Shown here: one piece after another, positions 39,070 through 53,300 of the stretch | Layout of the letters: every line of letters starts with the position of its first letter | How positions within the stretch are numbered: the stretch's first letter is position 1 | From: Eledone cirrhosa | Taxonomy: Eukaryota | Assembly: GCA_964016885.1 (NCBI GenBank) | Contig: OZ024742.1 | Coordinates: 45,260,001-45,324,000, forward strand | DNA: 64,000 nt | Reading direction: 5' to 3' | Notes under the pieces: generated by a model | What the model was told of the DNA's origin: nothing | Databases searched by the model: none | Seen by the model: only the letters and a program-made list of their open reading frames with translations | Translations under genes and position numbers: made by a program

Positions 39070-39850
39070 TGGTTACACTTATTTAACACTGCTTTCGGTG
39101 TGTGTGTGTAATCTTGCTACACTTATTCAACACTGCCATCTGTGTGTGTGTAATCTTGCTACACTAATTTAACACTGCCTCATCTGTGTATGTAATCTTG
39201 ATTCACTTAACACTACCTCCTCTGGGTGTGTAATCTTGCTACACCAATTTAACACTGTCTCCAATGTATCTGTAATCTTGCTACACCAATTTAACACTGT
39301 CTCCAATGTATCTGTAATCTTGCTACACTTATTAACACTACCTCCAGTGTGTGTTTAATCTTGCTACACTTATTTAATACTGCCTCCAGTGTGTGTTTAA
39401 TCTTGCTACACTTATTTAATACTGCCTCCAGTGTGTGTGTAATCTTGCTACACCAATTTAACACTGCCATCTGTGGTTGTATAATCTTGCTACACTTAAT
39501 TAACACTGCCTTCTGTAGTTTTTACTTTTGTTACACTTATTCAACACTGCCTTCAGTGTGTATGTAATCTTGTTACACTTATTTAACACTGCCTCCTCTG
39601 TGCATGTAATCTTGCTACACCAATTTAACACTGCCTCCAGTGTGTGTGTAATCTTGTTACACCATTTTAACACTGCCTCCAATGTATGTGTAATCTTGCT
39701 ACACTTATTTAACACTGCCTCCTCTGTGTGTGTAATTTTGATTCACTTAATTAACGTTGCCTCCTCTGTTTGTGTAATCTTGATTCACTTAATTAACACT
39801 GCGATCTCTGTGTGTGTAATCTTGCTACACTTATTTAACACTGCCTCCTG
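39070..39850. repeat. About 40-bp diverged minisatellite
   Basis: Unit about tgtgtgtaatcttgctacacttatttaacactgcctccag, roughly 19 copies. Confidence 0.95.
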
Positions 39851-40011
39851 TGGTTTTGTAATTTAATATTTCATGGTTGCAATTCTTGTGCACAGCCTAT
39901 GTAATTGTATATTGTTTAGTTGCAATTCTTATTACAGTTTTTGACACTGTATACTGTATGTGTACAGTCATATATTCCTGTGTCACAGATCTTCGTCACA
40001 GTTTTTGACAC

Positions 40012-42023
40012 TATAGCGAAGATACTGGGTTGTATGAATGTAACAAGGAGACATGGTTTGTGTGTATAATATTTAATCAACAATTCAACAGTATAGTTGA
40101 CATGTCAAAGAAATAGATGAAAGAATGAAGCAAAGTTAGTAGTTACTGTTTTGATTGCCAGGCAAACGCGGCTGGCAGAAATCGCCTGGCGAAGGCCAGG
40201 CGCCGGTAGGGCTAATGAGAGGGTGAGAACTTAAAGTTATTAGTTTTATAGGGTTCTGACCGGAAGTTACAGAAAGGGTTCTACTTCCCGTCTAGATGTT
40301 GTTAATCTATTGGGGTTGTGAGTCACAACAAGGGGGGCTACTGCTACATAACCTCCCGCCAGAATTTTAGAATATAAAAATCGAATGAAATATGTAGCAA
40401 GTTGGCGAGAATGTTGTAACAGGCCTGAAAATTACGACAAAAGAATGTTTGCAAAAATCAATGATAGATATCAAGGTAGCCAACCGCTCTTGGCCAGAGA
40501 ACGACTGGACATCTATCTATCCATCACCCAAAGATACAATGTAATAAGGTAAGAGAAGAGCTCAAAGTTCAAATGTACAAAATATAGTTCACAGGTGTGC
40601 AATCACATGACAGCAGGAAAGAAAGTGTGTTCCAGAGAATGAATGCAGGTGGTTTCTGTTCTGTGGTATATCGTGAAATTTCCAACCTCCGAATGGATTT
40701 TCTCACAGGAAGAGAGCTGCAAAAATAAATTCTCTGGCTTGTTCTGCTGGTTTTGGTTGTTGATGAAGCTGTGTTGCTGTTGCTGTTGTTGTTGTCTCGC
40801 TGAGTGAGCGTATTCGGTGTTTAAATTCACAGTAAAAAAAAAGATTTTTCGGAAAAAAATGAGTTGCGCAAAGTGCTAGAAATAACAGCCGAAGTTGATG
40901 GTCGATGTTGAGAATGCGTTGACCTGGAAGGGTCAAGAGGCCAGCGACCAAAGAAATAAGCATTCTGAATAAATGCGCAGTTTTCAACGGCAAATTTACG
41001 TGGTAAATTTTTAAACCGGCAAATAGGAGAATATAGCTTAAGGCTGAAGAATCCTTGGCGAGAAACGTTATCTCTGGCGTGCGGCTATCTCTGTGAGTCG
41101 AGATATCTCTGTGAGTCGAGAATTTGAGCTGCCTACACGTGCCAATACAAGGTTAAGTTAGGTTAAAAAAAAATATATTTCTAACGCGCGAGAAAATGAT
41201 AGTGCAAGTGTGAAAGTGACAATGATGAAAAAGAAAGGCTTCACTTAGCATAATTATTGGTGTGAACTTTTGGGGAAAAAAAAAAAATAACTTGAACGAT
41301 GAAGAAAACGATGAAAAAAAAATAAACAATGGTTCTTCGAAAATAAATGTTCTTGTTGAAATGTTTTTAAAAAAATATCAAATTTCTTTTTTTGTTGTTA
41401 TTTTGGAAGTGTTCGTTGTAAGAAACGAGAAACATATATATATATATATCGTGAAATGCGACAGTTAGTTGATGCGTGAGAGAAAAAGTCTGTCTGAACG
41501 CGAATTTCACATGTGCGTGGTGTGTTCGTTTCTTTGACTGAGTATTTTCATAGTTTGTCAATAAATTTGTTGTGTATTCATAATGTTACTCACACAACAC
41601 CAGATTCTGCTATTTTTTATTTTTTCGGGGTGACCACTTATAGCGATGAACGGCTGCGTGTTCGTATCACGTCAGGGTTACCAATATAGCGGAGTACTCG
41701 TGCAATGTATGAATGTAACAAGGAGACATGGTTTGTGTGTATAATATTTAATCAACAATTTAACAGTATAGTTGACATGTCAAAGAAATAGATGAAAGAA
41801 TGAAGCAAAGTTAGTAGTTACCGTTTTGATTGCCAGGCAAACGCGGCTGGCAGAAGACGCCTGGCGAAGGCCAGGCGCCGGTAGGGCTAATGAGGGGGTG
41901 AGAACTTAAAGTTATTAGTTTTATAGGGTTCTGACCGGAAGTTACAGAAAGGGTTCTACTTCCCGTCTAGATGTTGTTAATCTATTGGGGTTGTGAGTCA
42001 CAACAAGGGAGGCTACTGCTACA
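40012..42023 (-). mobile_element. Non-autonomous LTR retrotransposon, copy 2
   Basis: LTRs 40012-40348 and ~41685-42023, TSD ACAC (40008-40011 and 42024-42027), PPT ggcgggagg, PBS at 41625-41636. Interior homologous to copy 1. Confidence 0.9.
41652..41683 (+). other. Copy of tRNA-Trp 3' end including CCA (extended PBS)
   Basis: ggctgcgtgttcgtatcacgtcagggttacca versus recalled metazoan tRNA-Trp end GGCTGCGTGTTCGAATCACGTCGGGGTCACCA (3 differences). Confidence 0.8.
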
Positions 42024-42182
42024 ACACTATCTGCTGTATGTGTAGTCTTATACACCTACAGCAGATAGTCTTATATAGTCTTATATTCCCGTGTCACATA
42101 TCTTTATCACTGTCAGCTGTATGTGTAAAGCATTGCAGTCCCTGTTGTATATCTTATTCTACAGTCAAGCTTCAACAACAGG

Positions 42183-42873
42183 TTTCTTTATGGTGAAAAA
42201 GATATCAATTTCTCCCTCATGTGGTTCTGCCTTTCTTTATGGTGAAGAAGATATCACTTTCTCCCTCATGTGGTTCTGCCTTTCTTTATGGTGAAGAAGA
42301 TATCACTTTCTCCCTCATGTGGTTCTGCCTTTCTTTATGGTGAAGAAGATATCACTTTCTCACTCATGTGGTTCTGCCTTTCTTTATGGTGAAGAAGATA
42401 TCACTTTCTCCCACATGTGGTTCTGCCTTTCTTTATGGTGAAGAAGATATCACTTTCTCCCTCATGTGGTTCTGCCTTTCTTTATGGTGAAGAAGATATC
42501 ACTTTCTCCCTCATGTGGTTCTGCCTTTCTTTATGGTGAAGAAGATATCACTTTCTCACTCATGTGGTTCTGCCTTTCTTTATGGTGAAGAAGATATCAC
42601 TTTCTCCCTCATGTGGTTCTGCCTTTCTTTATGGTGAAGAAGATATCACTTTCTCCCTCATGTGGTTCTGCCTTTCTTTATGGTGAAGAAGATATCACTT
42701 TCTCCCACATGTGGTTCTGCCTTTCTTTATGGTGAAGAAGATATCACTTTCTCCCACATGTGGTTCTGCCTTTCTTTATGGTGAAGAAGATATCACTTTC
42801 TCACTCATGTGGTTCTGCCTTTCTTTATGGTGAAGAAGATATCACTTTCTCCCTCATGTGGTTCTGCCTTTCT
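42183..42873. repeat. 49-bp minisatellite
   Basis: Unit tttctttatggtgaagaagatatcactttctccctcatgtggttctgcc, about 14 copies. Confidence 0.97.
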
Positions 42874-42947
42874 TCCCACAGTTCAAATCTTCATATGTGT
42901 TACCTTATATCTGTTATAAGTATCACACCCCAGTTTCCTTTGTATTC

Positions 42948-45880
42948 CATGGTTATATCACACATCTCATGGTTCACTACACTGTCATCTCACACATCTC
43001 ATGGTTCACTCCACTGTCATCTCACACATCTCATGGTTCACTCCACTGTCATCTCACACATCCCATGGTTCACTACACTCTCATCTCACACATCTCATGG
43101 TTCACTACACTGTCATCTCACACATCTCATGGTTCACTCCACTGTCATCTCACACATCTCATGGTTCACTCCACTGTCATATCACACATCTCATGGTTCA
43201 CTCCACTGTCATCTCACACATCTCATGGTTCACTCCACTGTCATCTCACACATCTCATGGTTCACTACACTGTCATCTCACACATCTCATGGTTCACTCC
43301 ACTGTCATCTCATACATCTCATGGTTCACTCCACTGTCATCTCACACATCCCATGGTTCACTACACTCTCATCTCACACATCTCATGGTTCACTCCACTG
43401 TCATCTCACACATCCCATGGTTCACTACACTGTCATCTCACACATCTCATGGTTCACTACACTGTCATCTCACACATCTCATGGTTCACTACACTCTCAT
43501 CTCACACATCCCATGGTTCACTACACTATCATCTCACACATCTCATGGTTCACTACACTGTCATCTCACACATCTCATGGTTCACTACACTATCATCTCA
43601 CACATCTCATGGTTCACTACACTGTCATCTCACACATCTCATGGTTCACTCCACTGTCATCTCACACATCCCATGGTTCACTACACTCTCATCTCACACA
43701 TCTCATGGTTCACTACACTCTCATCTCACACATCTCATGGTTCACTACACTCTCATCTCACACATCTCATGGTTCACTCCACTGTCATCTCACACATCCC
43801 ATGGTTCACTACACTGTCATCTCACACATCTCATGGTTCACTACACTGTCATCTCACACATCTCATGGTTCACTACACTGTCATCTCACACATCTCATGG
43901 TTCACTAGACTGTCATTTCACACATCCCATGGTTCACTACACTGTCATCTCACACATCTCATGGTTCACTAGACTGTCATCTCACACATCTCATGGTTCA
44001 CTACACTGTCATCTCGCACATCTCATGGTTCACTCCACTGTCATCTCACACATCTCATGGTTCACTCCACTGTCATCTCACACATCCCATGGTTCACTCC
44101 ACTGTCATCTCACACATCCCATGGTTCACTCCACTGTCATCTCACACATCCCATGGTTCACTACACTGTCATCTCACACATCTCATGGTTCACTACACTG
44201 TCATCTCACACATCTCATGGTTCACTACACTGTCATCTCACACATCTCATGGTTCACTACACTGTCATCTCACACATCTCATGGTTCACTAGACTGTCAT
44301 TTCACACATCCCATGGTTCACTCCACTGTCATCTCACACATCTCATGGTTCACTCCACTGTAATCTCACACATATCATGGTTCACTCCACTGTCATCTCA
44401 CACATCCCATGGTTCACTCCACTGTCATCTCACACATCTCATGGTTCACTACACTGTCATCTCACACATCTCATGGTTCACTACACTGTCATCTCACACA
44501 TCTCATGGTTCACTACACTGTCATCTCACACATCCCATGGTTCACTACACTGTCATCTCACACATCCCATGGTTCACTACACTGTCATTTCACACATCCC
44601 ATGGTTCACTACTCTGTCATCTCACACATCTCATGGTTCACTACACTGTCATCTCACACATCCCATGGTTCACTACACTGTCATCTCACACATCTCATGG
44701 TTCACTACACTGTCATCTCACACATCTCATGGTTCACTACACTGTCATTTCACACATCCCATGGTTCACTACACTGTCATCTCACACATCTCATGGTTCA
44801 CTACACTGTCATCTCACACATCTCATGGTTCACTACACTGTCATCTCGCACATCTCATGGTTCACTCCACTGTCATCTCACACATCTCATGGTTCACTAC
44901 ACTGTCATCTCACACATCTCATGGTTCACTACACTGTCATCTCACACATCCCATGGTTCACTACACTGTCATCTCACACATCTCATGGTTCACTCCACTG
45001 TCATCTCACACATCTCATGGTTCACTCCACTGTCATCTCACACATCTCATGGTTCACTACACTGTCATCTCACACATCCCATGGTTCACTACACTGTCAT
45101 CTCACACATCTCATGGTTCACTCCACTGTCATCTCACACATCTCATGGTTCACTCCACTGTCATCTCACACATCTCATGGTTCACTACACTGTCATCTCA
45201 CACATCCCATGGTTCACTACACTGTCATCTCGCACATCTCATGGTTCACTACACTGTCATCTCACACATTTCATGGTTCACTCCACTGTCATTTCACACA
45301 TCTCATGGTTCACTACACTGTCATCTCACACATCTCATGGTTCACTCCACTGTCATCTCGCACATCTCATGGTTCACTACACTGTCATCTCGCACATCTC
45401 ATGGTTCACTCCACTGTCATCTCACACATCTCATGGTTCACTACACTGTCATCTCACACATCCCATGGTTCACTCCACTGTCATCTCACACATCTCATGG
45501 TTCACTACACTCTCATCTCACACATCTCATGGTTCACTCCACTGTCATCTCACACATCTCATGGTTCACTACACTGTCATCTCACACATCTCATGGTTCA
45601 CTACACTCTCATCTCACACATCTCATGGTTCACTACACTGTCATCTCACACATCTCATGGTTCACTCCACTGTCATCTCACACATCCCATGGTTCACTCC
45701 ACTGTCATCTCACACATCCCATGGTTCACTCCACTGTCATCTCACACATCCCATGGTTCACTACACTGTCATCTCACACATCCCATGGTTCACTCCACTG
45801 TCATCTCACACATCTCATGGTTCACTCCACTGTCATCTCACACATCTCATGGTTCACTACACTGTTATTTCATGGTTAAC
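42948..45880. repeat. 32-bp minisatellite
   Basis: Unit catggttcact(a/c)cactgtcatctcacacatc(t/c), about 90 copies. Confidence 0.98.
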
Positions 45881-46229
45881 TACACAAATGTTCAGACAAC
45901 ATATTTGAATAGGTTCACAGTAAAGAAACCTCTCTGTGGTTACTTGACCTGCTAGAAATAGCAGCTAAATTTTCTGTTAGTGTACTACAGATAGTACACC
46001 ACCTTTACTGTATCACAGATAGTAAACCAACTTTAATGTGTTTATGTATGTATTAACTAGAAATACTTCACCTCATTGAGCAGCCTGTGAGAAAATTGTA
46101 AGAAAGAAGAAATGACATAATAGATTCAAATGAAATTGGGTTTGCAGAGACTGTTGTGAAATATACAAGATTTGGCAGTATTTTACTTAACATAACCCCT
46201 AAAAATATTAATTCATCAATTGTTATTAC

Positions 46230-46484
<255 letters not shown>

Positions 46485-46986
46485 CTCTCTCTTTCTCCCT
46501 CTCTCTCTCTCTCACTATCCTTCTCTAGAAGAAATCTGCTGTATTCAAACCTAGAGAGAGATAGGCAGCGCCAGGTTTAAAAATGCCCTAGAAACACTGT
46601 ATGTCAATATGGTGTCCCTACATCTCGAAATATCTCGATTATACTACAGTTAATAACAACTATTGATATGATAGGTAATATTCAGAAAATCTTTGGATTA
46701 ATCCTTTAGCATTTAAACCAGCTGTATCTGGCCAGAATTCTCTCACCTCTTTCTGTTCAAACTGGCAGTAACAGGCCACTCATACTGATGTTAAGGTATT
46801 GTTCTCAAAATATAAATAATATCAAAATCTCATAGATTCGATATTATGTGAGATAAAGCCTTTACATTGAAAACATAATAGTATATATAGTGTAATGTAA
46901 ATGTAAAAGGGTTGATATGCAGATTTTCCTCCAATGATTTTATGTTCTTCTTTAACTTCTGATAATGATTTTCTATAATCCTTTAG

Positions 46987-47019
46987 GCTTGACTGACAAG
47001 GAACAACCAAACAAAACAG
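46987..47019 (+). CDS. Candidate host 33-bp micro-exon (phase 1-1; SLTDKEQPNKT)
   Basis: Pyrimidine-rich acceptor ttttctataatcctttag and donor cag|gtatgg. In frame with the exon ending at 38910. Confidence 0.4.
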
Positions 47020-47139
47020 GTATGGGATAATACTAATATGTCTTTGTAGAATGCTTGCATTCTGCTAGCAATTTGTAATTCTAAGTGAGCACATCACTTT
47101 CAAGTGATACCTTTGCCATTTTGAAAGTGAGGTTAATGG

Positions 47140-48890
47140 CTTCTTCTTCTTCTTCTTCTTCTTCTTCTTCTTCTTCTTGCGAGGGTTATGCAGGAAGAGT
47201 CCTCAAACACTCCTTCCAGTGAGTCCTATAAGAAGAAAATGTCTCCAATTGTTATCCAACCATCTTGTTCAGGGTCTACAATTGGGTCTCCTGCTAGCTG
47301 GTTTTGCCCATAAAATCTGTCCAGCTATTCTTTCTTGAGACATTCTAGCCATATGCCCATAGTATTGGAGCTGTGATCTCTCAATTCGGAGAAGTAGCGG
47401 CTCTACCAGGAATGACTCTCTGATCTCTGAGCTATGCACTCTATTGAGTAATGTTTCTCCAAAGACCCTTCGGAGGGACCCCATTTCAGCCACTTGTATT
47501 TGCGATCATATTCTTTTGGTCATTACCCAAGATTAATGATCATAGGTAAGGGTTCGCATAAATGCCAAATTGAAGATAGTGAGTTTGGCTTTTACACCTA
47601 CTTCCTTTCTTCTGATTACCGAATGTTAAAGCTGGTGTATTATGGTACCAGTTCTTGCAATTATTGCACTTAATTCAGCCTCCTGTCTTCGATTACTTAT
47701 GAACATGGCCCCGAGATACTTGAACTTCTCCCTTGCTTCAGTGGAACTCCATTAACATGTAGAGTACCCTGCACAGGCTTCTTTGAGAGGATGAGTGTCT
47801 CAGTTTCACAGCACTGATTTTCATTCCAGCCATGTAGCACTCGACATCTAGCCTATCGCGTGAAAGTCAGAGATCACCTTCTGTCAAGTCAATTCCAGCC
47901 AACTGATTTTATACCAGTTTAGCAGAGTGCAACTCCCACATTGAATGTTTTCAATTTAGCACCATTTATCCAAACACAGATACTCGGCAATTCGCATCAA
48001 TACATCAGGGCAGCAAGAAGCTGACCATCGATTCCATACTCCTGCAGAACCTTCCGCTGCAAGTCCTGAGGAACACAGTCATATGCCTTTTCAAGATGAA
48101 CAAAACAAGAATATACCTCTTGACAATACTCCCATAATTTCTCAAAGACCTACAGCAGTGTGAATATTTAGTCTGCTGCGCAGCATCCAGGGCAAAAACC
48201 GCACTGTTCATCAGCTAGCTTGGACTCGACAATCTCCCTGCATTTTGTCACAGACAATTAGCATAGACTTTACCACGGAGGCTTAACAAGGAGATCTCTC
48301 TATAATTGGAACAATCTCTCTTGTCTCCCTTTTTGAAAACTGGGATTATCACTCCAAATTGCCATTGCTTAGGTGCTCTTCCAGAGATTCGGGCCACCCA
48401 AAACACATGAGTTAGCCAGAGAATACCTTCTCTATGTAAGACTCTTAACATCTCGAGCCAGATTTCATCTTCCACAGCGGCCTTGTCACATTTGAGCTCT
48501 TTAACTGCTCTTGTGACCTCAACCTCTGAGAGATTAGTCACCGCTCCTAGATGTACCTCATGTACATCAGAAAATGCTTTTGTGATCGGTTTTAGGAGAT
48601 CAGCAAAATATTCTCCTCACCTCATGAGGATGCACCTCTCTGAAGAGAGAACTCCAGATGTGTTCTTGCTAACAGGTGTGGAGGAGGGCTTCTCATTATG
48701 AAGTCGGCAGATGATCTGCCAGAACACTTTATTTGCTGATCTGAAGTCAGATTCCAGCTTAAACCCAAAGTCTTCCCATGTCTTAACTTTCAACGCCTTC
48801 ACTTGTCTCTGCTGCAATTCTTCATGCCTGCTTGTACCACAAGTGCAAGAAGGACAACTTATTTCCTAGCCAAGCTTGTAAACCTCCTTC
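47140..48890 (-). mobile_element. Degenerate RTE-clade LINE with (GAA)n tail
   Basis: WQFGVIIPVFKKGDKRDCSNYREISLLS and AEMGSLRRVFG..LLNRVHSSEIR...QLQYYGHMARM. Many stops. Confidence 0.85.
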
Positions 48891-49304
48891 TTTTAACATT
48901 TGAAAGTGAGAATAGAATATCATAAAATATCATAAGATCATTTGTAATGTCATCAACGTGAACTGGCCTAATTAATCAGCTAAGCAGTAAGGAAAATACA
49001 CATCTTTTGCAAAGTGGTTGATGACTTGTTATTTACTGTTTCATAAAAATATGTATGTGAAGGTATGTGGCCTAGCAGTTAATGTGTTTGGCTTATGATT
49101 ATCAAGTTATGAATTCGATTCCCAAATCAGATAACATGGTGTGTCCTTCAATAAACGGGGTAGGATTTACCAATAGGCATAGTAGGTATCTAATTTGAAT
49201 AAAAGTAGTGATGTATTACATTGTGTTGAAATAAGTATTTCTTACATTAATATATTATATTATGTAGTATTTGTTGACATTTGGACATGCAAAAATATGA
49301 CAGT

Positions 49305-49358
<54 letters not shown>

Positions 49359-50394
49359 ATACTGAAATATGCCAACATTACTATAAATTTAGAGGCCCAC
49401 TGATGAGTTTGGATAGGGCCCACATGTAAGTAAATCCCACCCTGCCAGTAAAAAACTTTAATTCTCTTTCTCCCGTCCACTGAGCTGGAAAAAATGAGTT
49501 GTTTCTGTAATTCAAAAGACCAGCCTGTTACATACTATGTCATGCTGAATCTCCCTGACAATTATGTTAAATGTATACATGTCTGTGGAGTACTTAGTCA
49601 CTTATGTGCTAATTTCACAAACAAATAAAACTCATCATCACTAACAAAAATCCAGCACACACCATATAAATTGACATTGTGCCAACCACTTTTATGTATT
49701 GTTTTTCATTTTCCTGGCTGTATATAGTCTAAATATATTCTGTTTGCAATCTTTAAATGAATGCAAGTGGCTTGAGTAAAGTCGTTGTAGTCCAATCCAC
49801 AGTTATATAAGCTGACTGCAAAGGACGTTGTACATTAATATCAGCTTTGTTCCATGTCCAATTAATACTGTTTATTTAAGAATTAAATAATAAAAAAGAA
49901 ACAATTTAGAGAATAAGCAGTTTAACTAATTAAGTGCAATCATATAATACGAAAACAATTGCAGACGTTATACACTAGGTAATAAAGTATAAATTCTATT
50001 GAAAAGGGAAAGAACTCATGATTACAGTTTGTCTTACTATGATAGAAAATGAATTGGGGTTTTTTTTTTTTTTTTTTTTTTTTTTCTGTATCAAATCATT
50101 GTATTTTCAAACTGAAAAAGTCTTCCTTGCAGAATTTTCCCTATGTAGATATATATTATCCTTGGCTATTTCAGTTAAGTAAATTTAAATTTTGTTTAAG
50201 TGAAATGTACTCATTTTGAAATTTCTATTCTCACTTAGAATTACAAATTTCTTTTACCTTCATGTTTCAAACTTAGAACAGAATTAATAAGTATTATTCT
50301 TTTTCCTGCTATGTCAGTGTTAGTCTTCTAAATCATTCTATTACCATCTTGCCTGAGACTGCATATATTGAAGGTCCTTATCATCATCATCGTT

Positions 50395-53300
50395 TTTGTC
50401 TGTTGATTCTGTGAGTACACCACCATCGCCAGACAAGTCTTGTCTGGTGATTCTGTGAGTACACCACCATCACCAGACAATTCTTGTCTGGTGATTCTGT
50501 GAGTACACCACAATCACCAGGCAAGTCTTGTCTGGTGATTCTGTGAGTACACCACCATCACAAGACAAGTCTTGTCTGGTGATTCTGTGAGTACACCACC
50601 ATCACCAGACAAGTCTTGTCTGGTGATTCTGTGAGTACACCACCATCACCAGACAAGTCTTGTCTGGTGATTCTGTGAGTACACCACAATCGCCAGACAA
50701 GTCTTGTCTGGTGATTCTGTGAGTACACCACAATCACCAGACAAGTCTTGTCTGGTGATTCTGTGAGTACACCACAATCGCCAGACAAGTCTTGTCTGGT
50801 GATTCTGTGAGTACACCACCATCACCAGACAAGTCTTGTCTGGTGATTCTGTGAGTACACCACAATCGCCAGACAAGTCTTGTCTGGTGATTCTGTGAGT
50901 ACACCACCATCACCAGACAAGTCTTGTCTATTGATTCTGTGAGTACACCACAATCACCAGACAAGTCTTGTCTGTTGATTCTGTGAGTACACCACCATCA
51001 CCAGACAAGTCTTGTCTGGTGATTCTGTGAGTACACCACAATCGCCAGACAAGTCTTGTCTGGTGATTCTGTGAGTACACCACCATCACCAGACAAGTCT
51101 TGTCTGGTGATTCTGTGAGTACACCACAATCACCAGACAAGTCTTGTCTGGTGATTCTGTGAGTACACCACAATCGCCAGACAAGTCTTGTCTGTTGATT
51201 CTGTGAGTACACCACAATCGCCAGACAAGTCTTGTCTATTGATTCTGTGAGTACACCACAATCGCCAGACAAGTCTTGTCTGTTGATTCTGTAAGTACAC
51301 CACAATCGCCAGACAAGTCTTGTCTGTTGATTCTGTGAGTACACCACAATCGCCAGACAAGTCTTGTCTATTGATTCTGTGAGTACACCACAATCGCCAG
51401 ACAAGTCTTGTCTGTTGATTCTGTGAGTACACCACAATCGCCAGACAAGTCTTGTCTATTGATTCTGTGAGTACACCACAATCGCCAGACAAGTCTTGTC
51501 TGTTGATTCTGTAAGTACACCACAATCACCAGACAAGTCTTGTCTATTGATTCTGTGAGTACACCACAATCGCCAGACAAGTCTTGTCTGTTGATTCTGT
51601 GAGTACACCACAATCGCCAGACAAGTCTTGTCTGTTGATTCTGTGAGTACACCACAATCACCAGACAAGTCTTGTCTGTTGATTCTGTGAGTACACCACA
51701 ATCGCCAGACAAGTCTTGTCTGTTGATTCTGTGAGTACACCACAATCACCAGACAAGTCTTGTCTGTTGATTCTGTGAGTACACCACAATCACCAGACAA
51801 GTCTTGTCTGGTGATTCTGTGAGTACCCATAATCACCAGGCAAGACTTGTCTGGTGATTCTGTGAGTACACCACAATCGCCAGACAAGTCTTGTCTGTTG
51901 ATTCTGTGAGTACACCACAATCGCCAGACAAGTCTTGTCTGTTGATTCTGTAAGTACACCACAATCGCCAGACAAGTCTTGTCTGTTGATTCTGTGAGTA
52001 CACCACAATCGCCAGACAAGTCTTGTCTATTGATTCTGTGAGTACACCGCAATCGCCAGACAAGTCTTGTCTGTTGATTTTGTAAGTACACCCCAATCAC
52101 CAGACAAGTCTTGTCTATTGATTCTGTGAGTACACCACAATCGCCAGACAAGTCTTGTCTATTGATTCTGTGAGTACACCACAATCGCCAGACAAGTCTT
52201 GTCTGTTGATTCTGTGAGTACACCACAATCGCCAGACAAGTCTTGTCTATTGATTCTGTAAGTACACCACAATCGCCAGACAAGTCTTGTCTGTTGATTC
52301 TGTGAGTACACCACAATCGCCAGACAAGTCTTGTCTGTTGATTCTGTGAGTACACCACAATCACCAGACAAGTCTTGTCTGTTGATTCTGTGAGTACACC
52401 ACCATCACCAGACAAGTCTTGTCTGGTGATTCTGTGAGTACACCACAATCGCCAGACAAGTCTTGTCTGGTGATTCTGTGAGTACACCACCATCACCAGA
52501 CAAGTCTTGTCTGGTGATTCTGTGAGTACACCACAATCACCAGACAAGTCTTGTCTGGTGATTCTGTGAGTACACCACAATCGCCAGACAAGTCTTGTCT
52601 GTTGATTCTGTGAGTACACCACAATCGCCAGACAAGTCTTGTCTATTGATTCTGTGAGTACACCACAATCGCCAGACAAGTCTTGTCTGTTGATTCTGTA
52701 AGTACACCACAATCGCCAGACAAGTCTTGTCTGTTGATTCTGTGAGTACACCACAATCGCCAGACAAGTCTTGTCTATTGATTCTGTGAGTACACCACAA
52801 TCGCCAGACAAGTCTTGTCTGTTGATTCTGTGAGTACACCACAATCGCCAGACAAGTCTTGTCTATTGATTCTGTGAGTACACCACAATCGCCAGACAAG
52901 TCTTGTCTGTTGATTCTGTAAGTACACCACAATCACCAGACAAGTCTTGTCTATTGATTCTGTGAGTACACCACAATCGCCAGACAAGTCTTGTCTGTTG
53001 ATTCTGTGAGTACACCACAATCGCCAGACAAGTCTTGTCTGTTGATTCTGTGAGTACACCACAATCACCAGACAAGTCTTGTCTGTTGATTCTGTGAGTA
53101 CACCACAATCGCCAGACAAGTCTTGTCTGTTGATTCTGTGAGTACACCACAATCACCAGACAAGTCTTGTCTGTTGATTCTGTGAGTACACCACAATCAC
53201 CAGACAAGTCTTGTCTGGTGATTCTGTGAGTACCCATAATCACCAGGCAAGACTTGTCTGGTGATTCTGTGAGTACAGCACAATCGCCAGACAAGTCTTG

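Noticed and set aside
41652-41683. Functional tRNA-Trp gene
   Set aside because: Only the 3' third is present, with encoded CCA, at an LTR junction.
42760-45955. His-rich ORFs of 300-630 aa
   Set aside because: All three frames are open because the 32-bp unit lacks stops. No unique coding context.
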